Below are positions 1 to 11,185 of a stretch of 64,000 nucleotides of DNA, piece after piece. The translations under genes and the position numbers were made by a program. Position 1 is the first letter of the stretch. Every line of letters begins with the position of its first letter. The notes beneath the pieces were generated by a model that was given only the letters and a program-made list of their open reading frames with translations, searched no databases and was not told the origin of the DNA. Where the stretch lies: assembly GCA_002633005.1 (NCBI GenBank), contig NMRA01000540.1, forward strand, positions 229,369 through 293,368, given 5' to 3'. The stretch comes from Phoronis australis (taxonomy: Eukaryota > Animalia > Phoronida).

Positions 1-1435
1 ATGAATTTGCGTAAAACAGTGTTTTAAAGTAAACTTAAGGCTCCGGATATTGGTGTGTCACATATTTTGTTTAAATTCTCTATTTGGCTCGTGGAATGTA
101 ATAACGAATCTAGCGAATAATTTAGGGTCTTATTATTCATCGAGAAGTACTGCATGTACTTGTATTTAATTTGCAACATAATTTCAAGCATTTATTTGAT
201 TTCTCAGTTGAAAACTTTTGAATTTCCTCTGGTTTTACCCCTTGAACTTCATTCCGAACATTATTCACTTCTTAAGGCCCATTGAACTAGTAACTAGTCT
301 TTTTCATCATTTATGAAAACATTAAAAACAATTTTTAATACTCCGTAAGTGAAGTGTTACACATGACACTCCTACAAGTTACATAAAACTTCAAAAGTGA
401 GTTTAGGCAATGCGTTGTCAAATCAAGTCTCTTAGAAATGTTTCACAAGGACAAGATTATACGCAAAGACTGTCTGCGTGATACGCTTTTGTCGAGGACA
501 ATGCACGACTCTTATCCACAGCAAGGTATGCGCCTGTGTAAAAGACACCTGCCCATACGAAATAGTCCCTTGAGTAAAGAATTTCATAAAAAACACATAA
601 CTGGCTTTCAAAAGGTTTTTGGACATAGGAGAATGTTGGGTGGATTACGTTTGACATCTCCATTCCAAAATAAAATTACTGGTTTTTCTCTTGTCAACAG
701 GCTCTTTCGCCAAAAATGGTTGTCTAAATGAAAACTGATAAGTAAAATATGATGACAATTGTCAGCTTGGCATCAACATTAACTGATAAGGGCCGTCAAT
801 GTTGATACTTATTGCAGAAAGTGGTATTTTGAAGTTTTTTCTAGGAGTTGAAACAAAGGGGGCAACCCGATCGCAGATATCGAGGAGTTTTCAACGGTAA
901 AAATGACGCCGATGTGGAGAATAATTCAAACAACAGTGTCATTTGATTTCTGCAGTGGATATTGTGTTTGATTTGGTCGGACACAGCGGTTGAAAGTGGA
1001 GGGATCATTATGTGGCGCGTGCGAAGACGATAAGACGAGTCTAACTGTGCAAACGAAATAATTGTTGGTCGTCTTTCTACAGGAGTCAGCTGAGCCGTTT
1101 TCTTAATGTTTGTGTTTTGGAAAAGAAATTTTGCGATTCTTGGAATATGAAAAACACGATTAGTTTCCAGTGGCATTTATATTTTAAAATTATCGCATTT
1201 CAATTTGATAAAATCAAGTTAGTTGGTATTATGAATATTACTAGGTACTAACTAAAACAAACATTCGACTTTCGACAGAAAAAATCGTCGTGAATATAAA
1301 TAGATGAGGCAGGTGTATATTTACATTTCCGTAAGTATCGATAAAAATATCGTTAAAAAGCTGTTTCACTAAGTCAAGGTACAGTAAATATCGGATCTTC
1401 AGTAGATAACTCTCAATCTCGTTCTTAACCTTTTT

Positions 1436-1587
1436 CAGTCTTATCTGTGTAATTCGGTATTAGCCCTTCATTGTCACAAACTTGGTAAATAGCAGATTGA
1501 TTAGAGACAACGAGCGAGTACACAAAGTAATGTCTTCAACCAAGTTTGTTACAACGAAGGGCTGCCACCGAATTACAGACGAGACTG
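1436..1587. mobile_element. Short fold-back MITE with ~55-bp imperfect terminal inverted repeats (CAGTCT...AGACTG, Academ-like termini)
   Basis: Left arm cagtcttatctgtgtaattcggtattagcccttcattgtcacaaacttgg matches the reverse complement of right arm ccaagtttgttacaacgaagggctgccaccgaattacagacgagactg. Superfamily is inferred from the termini only. Confidence 0.7.
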
Positions 1588-3683
1588 ATATCTATGTATA
1601 CCAGGGGAGGCTTAATAATTATTTTAAATGCTGTTTATGTTTTCTAATGGTCATTGAATAAATATAGAGTTCATTTGTAATGGTCGGGAAACTGAAATTT
1701 CTCGTGAAATCGTGAATTAAACAATGAAACGAGGGTTATCAAAACTCGCCCGTGTGCTAAGTTTGGAAAAATTTTCACAAATTATAGGACAAAAGTTTGA
1801 CTTTTTGGCGTGAACACTTCCAATCACACGATACCACCAATGCTTCGTTGCGTGCTGTGTTCCTAGCTATGCATAGAAATCGCTCTTGTGACGTAATTTC
1901 TCACGAAGTGGCTAATGTGTAGTCATATTATACTATCCCAGGAATTAATCAAATACAGATCTTCTTAATACATGTTTGTTAGTTTAATTATCTATGGCTG
2001 GTTTAGAAAATCGATAGAAAAAGGCATCAAGTCTTGCAAGTTGTTAGATGACGTAAAAATGTTACCCAGTTGTGATAGAGTTTTCCCTAAAGCAAGAATC
2101 CAGAAAACAATTGCATGATCTTGCGTTCTGACAAGATACTCGAGTTTATCGAACGCACATCTGATCAACCCCGCCGCAGGCTCGAGAAAAAATCGTGAAA
2201 TGTGTCATGCGTTGAGATTGGCACCCTACCGACTGGCATCGTCTTAGCGCGGTGTAGCAAAAATAATCTGTCTGTTGGTACGAAATTGAAAAAATTAAAC
2301 GTACCATCTAATCTAGTGAAATTCGCAAAAACATCCTTCTTACCGCTCATGTAGCTATTTGAACTAGTTTTTATCACTAAAAACATTAACCGTAACAGCG
2401 TTTGGAAAAAAAAAATTTAATTGAATAGCTCCCTCCCCTGGCCTTAAAATTGAGTGCTTTTCACGAATGATCGTTCATTAACGTAATTTAAGGAGGTGTT
2501 TTAAATATGCCTATCAAATTGAACTTACAAATTTCTTTTTATGGCTTAAAAATATCAGGTTAAACTAGAGCTATCAACATTTGTAGGGTTAACCAAAACT
2601 CGGAGAATAATCTTTGTACTCGAAAAACCCTAGAATCGAGCCACAAATTCTTATAACAACTTGAGTTTTCAACTAAAAACGTAAAGTTGTAGTTCACTCT
2701 CGAACTCATGCTGTTAATGGTGGGGTCATCAAGTGCAATCCAGAATAAGACTGCCATCCGCATATTAAAATAGCCTTTGTTTTCAAGCACAGACTTGGCA
2801 CAAAAGTTGATCGAAAAGTGTCAATTATAAGTTGCAGTTCAATTTCCGTCACACAAATTAGACCCTATATCCAGACCTACGATTTTGAAAAGTACTTTTG
2901 GTCTCATAAGTCCCATGAATGTTCCTTATCTCTGTGTGCTTGTGAGCCCGCGAAGTACGTCATTAGTGCAAAGGTCACCCATTTGCTCATTTTTTTGTTT
3001 TCACGTTCACAGGTTCTCACTTTGTCTAGCGTACTTTATTTTGAAAAAGAATTGTCGTAGCATAGGAATTGAAGTTCCCCTAAGCTATCGAAATCCACTT
3101 TGTTTTGTAGAAGTGTCCTAAGTATAGATTTGATCAAGAGGTTTCAGACAACCAAACGAGAAGAAATGTACTTTTAACTGTGACCATTGTTGAAATTGTC
3201 AAACTTAATTACGATGAGCAACAGACTTCAACAAGTGACATCATAGCGTCACTCCTTGATGAGAGGCGTCAATTAACTCAGTTATCTAATCCAGTTGTAC
3301 ACGAAACACGAAGTACTGTGCTATCCAGTGTTATAGGTGGAAATCAGAGTACACAAGATTACGGAGAAAGAAAATCGATTAAGCCTAGTGATATTTCAAT
3401 ATGTTTATTTTCTAACTTGCAATTACACGCTAATAGACGACATGACATTACCAGGGTCACTTAGCTGTCAAGACAATTGCCGGTTTTCAACGCGATATTA
3501 TTTGTCACATTATAAAAATCATTTGAATAATATTAACACCCTATAAACTGCGACAGATACGAATTTTTTTTCGGAAGCACACGTGAAATCATTTTACTTC
3601 ATTTTAGCCACCATCTGTGTGTGATTTCATATTTTACCGGCTTTCTTCAGCAGACATAAATCGACATCTCTGGATATAGCCGT

Positions 3684-3927
3684 TTATTTCTTGTAATATT
3701 CACTTCCGACGTATTTTGTACGTTCGTTCTTGAACTCATCGGCCCACCCTAGGGCTTTGCTGCTCGCGTGCACATTCCACGTGCTCGTAATGGCGCGCTT
3801 CTTCAAATCCTGGTAGTCGGTTTCTTGAAGGTCGCACTCAAAGATTTTCCAAATGGCGCACCGCTGAGGCACGAAAAACTTATGGTGACACGTGCGATTT
3901 GGCGCGACCTTTTCGTTGACCGCGACA
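3684..3927 (-). CDS. Secreted Cys-containing protein paralog A, exon 4 (last): VAVNEKVAPNRTCHHKFFVPQRCAIWKIFECDLQETDY...YVGSEYYKK*
   Basis: Acceptor ttttctcatttcag, phase matches the exon 3 donor (AG+T = Ser), stop TAA at 3684-3686; homologous to 16288-16534 and 29531-29768. Confidence 0.9.
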
Positions 3928-4573
3928 CTGAAATGAGAAAATGAAATATTGATCCACGGTTAGCTAAAACTATTGTGTCCTGAGGCGATTTCTGTGAGGA
4001 AACTTTCAGACGCTATCGTATCACTAAGTTTCAGGAGAGATAGTCATCCTCCACAGTCGGTACCAGTGTCTTAAAGTGTGTTAGCTATTATCTTAGCACA
4101 CAACAGCGAAGCAGCTGATGTTGCAGCCTCTAAATTTTTTCTGGCAGTTTTTGAGAAGGATTGGCGATTTTTATTAAAATCACAAATACACAACAGCTTT
4201 GGTCAAATAATAATTTCAAGAAATCAATTCTGCTCAGAGGTAGCCCCAAAATGAGTTTTTCGGTCGTAAAATCGAATGTATTCCTTTATATATCCCACTT
4301 TTATCATGAATAATTCAAAACCAGAACAAAACTTAAAGAGTGTACATTCCATTGAAATCACTACAGCAGGCTGACAGTTATTGTAAAATATACTTCTCAA
4401 TTTCATAAAAATCATAAATTTCCTTTTAAATCCTACAAGAGCTGGCACAGTCTTTGTTTACATAAAGTGACACCAACAGAGCTAAATTGCAAAGATCTTT
4501 CGTATTTGTTACTCAGGCAACGATCGATAGATTCCAAAATTATCATGGATGTATTTGGTCAGGTTGATCGCAC

Positions 4574-4966
4574 CTTTCTCTCACATCTACACACATGGAT
4601 TCGCCGGCCGAGTTACTGACGGTAATGTTACTTCTGACGTCAGCAGAGACAATCTTATCAATAAGAGATTCTTTAAGCGAGCTCTGTCCAGTGAAGAACG
4701 CATTGGCAGCCGGGTAGTCGGAGTTACAGCTGTACAGAACGGATCCCTTCTTTCTTTCCCCCTCGTAGAGGTCCTCAATTACCACCTTTTCGCCCATTTC
4801 GCAACGTATAGTGACTTTGCTACGTAAATCGATATCCTCTTCTGGGACGTCACAAACGCAGGCGTAAGGGATTTCGAGTCGCAGACTGACGGTCTTAACA
4901 CGATCGGTTTTCTTTAAAGTGACCAAGTGCTGCTTGGTCTCTCTATTTCCAATGTTGTCGTAAAGT
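4574..4966 (-). CDS. Paralog A exon 3 (393 nt): LYDNIGNRETKQHLVTLKK...YACVCDVPEE...RSNITVSNSAGESMCVDVRE
   Basis: Acceptor gtcttttccag, donor AG|GTGCG; open frame; same length and motifs as exon 3 of B and C. Confidence 0.9.
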
Positions 4967-6384
4967 CTGGAAAAGACGGGCAGGGCATTGTGTTAACAAT
5001 AATCAAGTGGCAAGGGCTTAATTATTAGAATAAACAACATATAACTATGGAGATCTATACATAGAGTTCTAGAGAAAGACATCTTCAGTATAAGGATTAT
5101 AGTCCGGACACCATCAGTGCATAATTTTATAGATATGAGTACTCAATTTTATTGTCTCATGGATGACGTCAGAAATGTCGTAAAAGAATACTACTGCAGC
5201 TTTAGTTGTATGTAGGAATTATCTAATATCATGTTATCATCGTGGCGTTTTCTGATCAAAAGCTGTGGAAGCACCGTTGTAACAGTATGAGCTGCACAGG
5301 GTGGAGATGGAAGTATGTATGATGGCGTAGGAAGCTTACTCAAGCAGAAGAGCACCGGCACGCGCCTCGAGTGTTCGCTTCTCGAACAGCTTTTAGCGTC
5401 ACAACGCTCGCGTACGCTCTTGAGCGCTCACGATCACTCTCGATAGCTAGTTTGCTTAGAAAGTTTTAGGGGCGATTACCTAGAGCAATGACAATGATTC
5501 TAAGCGATACACTTTCGAAGTACACCGCAATTGGTAAATGTGGTACATCAATAAATAATTGACTTACAAGCTTTGGCAGCATGTCCATCACGTGTGGTTC
5601 AACGTCTTAGACTTATTGAAATTTGAAAAGTTCGAATTGCGAAAATTAGCCCCCCCCCCCGTAAAAATGACTGCATACTGACATCTGCTTTGGTAGACTT
5701 CATTTCGGAAATGAAGTGTGCGCACAATGTGGTACGGTACAATAGCGAGCTCTCACGTTAAGCACGCGCGCGCGCTGTATTGAACGGGATTCAACTGCAA
5801 TTTGATACAAAATTTGAGTTATTCGATGTTAGGAGAGGAATGTCAGAAAAGAATTAAGTAGTGTATTTGGGTCAATAGTAACGGGACGTTTAGTACTGAC
5901 AAGGTATCTATTCAACCTCAATGCTATATGGTCCAGTTCCTCTGTCCCTGTTGGCTAAAGTAACAATAAAATGTTTAACTGTTAGAAATATTATTGGTTA
6001 ACCTCATCGGATATAAGTCCACCTCGTCTTTCTTCCCTGTCCCCATCAAATCCACCCCCTCTGTCACTTGACCCATATTGGAAGACGGACTTGGACGGAA
6101 CTGCCCGGAAAACACACATATTTCTTACATTGCGCGTTCATCGAATGCATGAAAAAAGCTTATGGACTTACATACTGGTATACACGAATGGGCAAAACAT
6201 ACACGTAGTCTTATAAATACGCAAATGTCCAGTGTAAGCACATCCAGGAATAGGCCCACTATGAATCTTCGCAATAACAAACCGAGAGCTTAGATTTATA
6301 CCGTATGGTCGATGTGGTACGTGTAGCTCTCACTAGGAGGCTAAAGATACATGTACTTGTCGCTAGAAGGCTTAGGATAATTAC

Positions 6385-6590
6385 TCAGTGACGAAAACCA
6401 GCAGCTTTTCGTCGGGTTGCCCAGGTTCGTCTTTGTATTCCAACTTCAGCAACAAATTGTATTTGTATGCGTAACAGCTACCAACGCTGAAACCTGAAGT
6501 GTAAGTGTCGTGCTCGAAACCGGTGCCCTTCAACTTTTCCATTCTGATGTCACCGAGTTGCTTGATGGTCAGGTCTGATTCGCCATGTAC
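6385..6590 (-). CDS. Paralog A exon 2 (206 nt): VHGESDLTIKQLGDIRMEKLKGTGFEHDTYTSGFSVGSCYAYKYNLLLKLEYKDEPGQPDEKLLVFVTE
   Basis: Not in the ORF track. Acceptor catctacag, donor GA|GTAATT; aligns with exon 2 of B (GFSVGxCYxYxYNL...DEKxLxFVxE). Confidence 0.9.
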
Positions 6591-7141
6591 CTGTAGATGG
6601 GTAAATGAGTTGCAGTCGAAACGCGTGGTATTGCTTACAAGTTACTACATGTATGGGTTAGACTACCATATTCAATGGACTGTAGCACTACCATCTCGCG
6701 AACGGGACTGAACCAATCTGGGCTCGACAACCCTATTCATGTCACTAGTGAAATGCCACTAAGCATCAATGAATGTTTTTCTCCGCAGATGGCAGCATCA
6801 ATGATATTGAAGTATGAAATTGTTGTTTAAAGCTAATCACAAAAATAAATTTTGTTTTAAGGCAAACATATGTAAGGATACAAGTTAGGTGGTCGCGAAG
6901 CTTAAACTTTTAGGAAAGATTTCGCTACAACACTATGTCGGGTGCTTTGAAACCAACTTTTGTTGTGTTAAGTTGGCAGGGCATTATTTTGTTTGAAGGA
7001 CAAAGTTTTCTCAAAACAACAGTATGCAAAATCGAGCACAACGTATCTAGAAAAGTACATGACTGAAAAAAGTTTCGTTTAAGTGTATTAAAAAGTTTGT
7101 GACACTGACGTAATTTCAAAATATAACAGGTCACTACTCAC

Positions 7142-7180
7142 CAACGTCAAACCTAGCGCTACAGTTATCGTCAGCAACAT
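7142..7180 (-). CDS. Paralog A exon 1 coding part, signal peptide MLLTITVALGLTL
   Basis: aaaATG start, 13 hydrophobic codons, phase-0 donor TTG|GTGAGT; joins exon 2 to give MLLTITVALGLTLVHG-ESD. Spliced CDS is 882 nt = 293 aa + stop. Confidence 0.85.
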
Positions 7181-7219
7181 TTTAAGCTGGTAGTTGAAAT
7201 CACTTGAAGAGTTTATGTT

Positions 7220-7287
7220 GAATGAAGAATGGCACGGCTACTTATATACCAATGATCTTTTTTGACGCAACGTCATTGGGAGATTGG
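7220..7287 (-). promoter_or_regulatory. Candidate core promoter of paralog A (TATATAAG, Inr-like TCATTC, two CCAAT boxes)
   Basis: On the minus strand TATATAAG (7241-7248) lies ~25 nt upstream of TCATTC (7220-7225); CCAAT motifs at ~7275 and ~7283; all within 110 nt of the ATG. Confidence 0.5.
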
Positions 7288-7663
7288 CTAGGCCTACATA
7301 CAAACGTAGTAAAGGTACAATGTAAAAAAAGGTATTAGCATTTGAATCGGGCTCATAACATATGTCAGTGAAACACTCGCTGGTACAAACAGCTGCCATG
7401 TTTGTTTCAGAGAAGGCGTGTAAGTTGATACGATGCATATTATTATGTCCTCACTCACGATACAGTTCGAGTAGCTCGGTAGATAAGTTTCGTTTTGAAA
7501 TATTTCTTTCGAACAAATTATTTCAAATTACTGAAGCGACAAATTAATTTCGCACGTTTAAATGTGACTTAGTTTCATTTATGTTCGGTCATTTTACGTT
7601 TATGAAACAATTATTTTTGTTTAGCACAATATAGGTGTATGAAATTTTTAAATTTCTTTCCAG

Positions 7664-7960
7664 GTTAATCATAACCCTCCGGCACAGCACTGTGGAGACA
7701 TTTATTGCTTGAAGCACAAATCAAGCTATTCTCGCAATTTACCAGCTCTCTAACAGGATCTATTACATACAAATTAGTCGGTTCAGTATGTAATTCTATT
7801 ACCCAAGTCAGCTCAGCAGTAACCTGGGGGTGTATTGCCAACAAATTAGGCATCCTGTCTGCAAACAGTGTTGGGAGTTGTCCTGTTGTGCACGCATACA
7901 GGGACCTACATGGACTCGATCTAATATGTCTACAATTAATTCAAGTGCACGCTGACTTCT
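7664..7960 (+). pseudogene. Frameshifted coding relic of unknown family, homologous to 37117-37383
   Basis: Reads GDIYCLKH..IKL..AIYQLSNRIYYIQISRFSM*FYYPS across frameshifts, versus GDIFCYLKHIKLLHAIYHITLAAYGSSRLLQKFYFPR at 37138. Confidence 0.5.
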
Positions 7961-8735
7961 CATTTGTGGCGCTTGTTCCATGTGGCACGTGACGCGTATC
8001 AACGGGCCTGTGAGGTGAAAACCATAAGAACAACAGAGACGGTTGGACGACACTGCTGCGACTGTAAACATGGTCCTAGCCTTGTTCCACTTTCCAGCGT
8101 GCAGTCGGCTTAGTATATGCCGAAAAACAGTAAAGTGATGCTGAATTCCTTTTTTGGAAAGTCACGTGAGTTGACAAACCTGATAGGTGTCGTTACATTC
8201 GCATGTAGAAGTAATAGAAAATTGACGTAAATCACAAATCGTTTGTTATTTTATTATTCTGCTCCTAATGAATTATTCTAAATATCTTATACGTTATACA
8301 ATACAAAGGTAAGTGTACAAATTGTACGACAAGTTTGCTTCATTGCTGCGCATTTATAACGGACTAACATCCTGGGCTCGCTATAGCGACCAAAAATTGT
8401 TTGCGTTAAAGGTGGAGGCAACCTTTTTATGTCAGTTTTAATAAAAAATAAAGTTCGCTAATTATCCCAGACATTTTTCCACTTAATTACGACTTCTCGT
8501 AATTTAATTAACTAGTCATGCTCTATCCCATAAGAGACGTTTAGAGAGTTAAAGAATTACGGGAGTAGTATAGTAAGAGGTTTTGGAGTCTTATTTCAGC
8601 GGGTCTCGGTCAAAGGTCATCCATTTGAAAGGAAAATGTCAAAGGTCACGTGGGATAACTTCTATGCGCGCCAACTTCATAGACCTTCATTTCACGCAGT
8701 GATTAACGGCAACTTTGGGAAAACTGGTCAGTTTT

Positions 8736-9005
8736 GGGCAATCTCCATCTTTCTTATAAATCGAGCCCACAGAGATGCGTCAAGAACAATGACGTCAGTG
8801 GCTATATCGACATTTTCCCGTCAATGCTAGATGTATTCTTTGCCATGAACCGCCCAAACTACGCCAGATGGGGAACATTGTTTTACCAAAAGTTGAAATT
8901 CGCAGACCCAATATTACGTGAAGCGCTGGAAAACGGTGCCTTCTCAGTGCTACGTATGAGGAAGAACTTCTGTAGATCGGTTGTTGACCACTCTTTGGAA
9001 CAGTT
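8736..9005 (+). mobile_element. Fragment of a large DNA-transposon transposase (possibly CMC/Chapaev-like)
   Basis: Peptide LDVFFAMNRPNYARWG...LENGAFSVLR.RKNFCRSVVDHSLEQ matches the FFAxxxxNYARW...GxFSV...DxxxEQ pattern I recognise from invertebrate transposon-derived proteins. Superfamily assignment is uncertain. Confidence 0.6.
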
Positions 9006-9553
9006 CGTTTTTTATGTTTGATATAGCGATCTCCAAAAGGCTGAAAACACCTCTGTGGCACCTGATATTGGATACGTATGGTCGTGTTAGATTTCATGGA
9101 AACTATCCAAGCTGTAACGTAGATAAAACATTTTGTTCATGTTGCGAACATGTTATTCAAAATTCGTCGTTATAACGAGTCCTGATAGTTTTTCAGTTAA
9201 GTTAGACTGACAATCATTTCATTTGCACGACACAGATATGCGAGCCATGGAACTGTTCGCCTTTGTCTTCATAGTGAATATAAAGCACGTTCGAATTAAT
9301 TGGCCATAGATGTTGCATATGGTGCTCAGTCACCGTGGCGATGGCCCCAGGCATCCACATTGGGGAGGGGGTATTCAACCACTATGTATAATCTTTTTGG
9401 AAAGAGTGACTGAATTGAAGTTGAATTAAATAAAGTATATGCTTCACCTTTTTACTTTTATTTTTTTAATAATACAAGCCAGTAGAACTACTGGCAGTGA
9501 CAGTGAGAACATGAACTAAATAGCAAAGAGGTAAAATGCAGTAGCCCAATATC

Positions 9554-10162
9554 TATGGTGGGCCGTTGAGGGGAAAGTGTCGCCGTAAAATTACGCTCGT
9601 AATTACGAGCGTAAATTAAATTGCAGGAGTGTCGCCGAACAATTACGCTCGTAAATTAAATGGTGAAAAGTTTCGTCGTAAAATTACGCTCGTAATTACG
9701 AGCGTAAGTTAAACTGCAAAAGTGTTCCGGTAAAATTACGCCCGTAAATTAAATGGGGTAAATGTCGCCGTCCGTAAATTACGCTCGTAAAATACCTTAA
9801 GAACGTTCCAAATTTAAACCAATCAGTGATGACCTAACATACACGACTGTTACTGGGCAGCTCGTTCTTGCACAATCGCTGACATGGCAGCAGCGATTTG
9901 ATCCGCCATGATTCAGCGCTTGTATCGTAGACATGAAACCCGCCAATAAATAAGTATTTCCATGAGCGCGCGCGATCTTGGATTGTAAAACCCAACGTCA
10001 TTGGCTAAGAGTTTAAACTAAATTAAGAGCGTAATTTTACGCCGTAAAGAATTAAATTACGCTCGTAATTTTACGGCGTAATTAACGGCGTAAATAACGG
10101 CGTAATGTACACAATTACGCTCGTATTTTCCGGCGACACTTTCCCCCCAACGGCCCATCATA
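9554..10162. mobile_element. 609-bp non-autonomous DNA transposon with ~32-bp TIRs, 6-bp TSD (AATATC) and arrays of AATTACGCTCGTAA motifs
   Basis: Left tatggtgggccgttgaggggaaagtgtcgccg versus reverse complement of right end tatgatgggccgttggggggaaagtgtcgccg; aatatc at 9548-9553 and 10163-10168. Confidence 0.9.
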
Positions 10163-11033
10163 AATATCAGACTGCTTGCCAAATAATCAACTGACTAAAC
10201 AGGGAGTGGATTGAACCGAACAGTTTACCAACATAACTTCTGAGTTAGACAATAGGGGTCGGTGCCAAACTTCCAGAAAGTAAACAATTCAAAATGGTAT
10301 GACCAATGATGGAGTGCCTAACCTACATTTGAAATAATGAAAATCTAGGATAGAATAATAAACAAACAACAGCTTCACGCCACATCACATATTTAATAAA
10401 ACAAAGACCTTATATAATCCAGTAATGCAACTTTGAAATGCTCTGTTTTTGTTTCTGTCTTTGGTCTAATGGCTGACATCCGGTAAGCGAAGAATGTGGC
10501 TGTCTTGTAAAATAAGATGCGAAGTTACACGATCTCTGTCTATTGTTAGCACAGTAAAACTTGCATAACTCCGATCTAATTGAACCGAATTATTCAGCCC
10601 AAACAAGGAAAATCTGTCTGATGCGACTGCGGGGCTAAGTACATGATTTCGAATTTTTACCGGGCTGTGGAATACTAGAATGTCGCACTAAGTTTGCGAT
10701 ATTCAGACTTAATGAAAGATTCAATGCAAGTTTGTCCTTTTTTGTAAAAATCAAATCTTTCAGTGTCATATGATGAAAGTGATAGTTAATCTAGATGCAA
10801 GTTGCCCTATGTGCGAGTTGAGTAGAATATGGACTGACTGGAATGATCTCCCCATATCAGGAGGGACATGTTCCTTTTCCTTCAAGACACTTGCTTGGAA
10901 ACTCAATTTAATATCCTTGCAAATATCTGTCAGTAAAGTGATTGGTAGGAGTACAGGTGACAGTAATTTTAAATTTTTACTGTAAACAATTATGGTTACG
11001 TAAGATCCCTCGTGAAGACAACGCCGGTATATT

Positions 11034-11185
11034 CAGTGGCGGATTCAAAAGGGGGCCAAGGGGGTCATGTCCCCTCTCTAAAATTCTCCCAAATTCCATT
11101 TGGCAGATGGGGGGTGCACATGTCTGACGAGCAAAATCATGGCTAATACTCTGCCCTGATCCTCAAAATCCTGGATCTGCCCCTG
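11034..11185. mobile_element. GC-rich hAT-like MITE (CAGTGGCGGAT...ATCTGCCCCTG)
   Basis: Imperfect 11-bp terminal inverted repeats; related G/C-tract elements at ~14343-14647 and ~61490-62023. No TSD seen. Confidence 0.5.

Noticed and set aside
7808-8071. Minus-strand ORF MFTVAAVSSNRLCC... as the first exon of paralog A
   Set aside because: No suitable GT donor; the exon at 7142-7180 matches paralog B in length, phase and hydrophobicity.
9570-10130. Regularly recurring palindromic motif resembling a CRISPR array
   Set aside because: Spacers are short and related to each other, the block is bounded by TIRs and a TSD, the context is eukaryotic and no cas genes are present.
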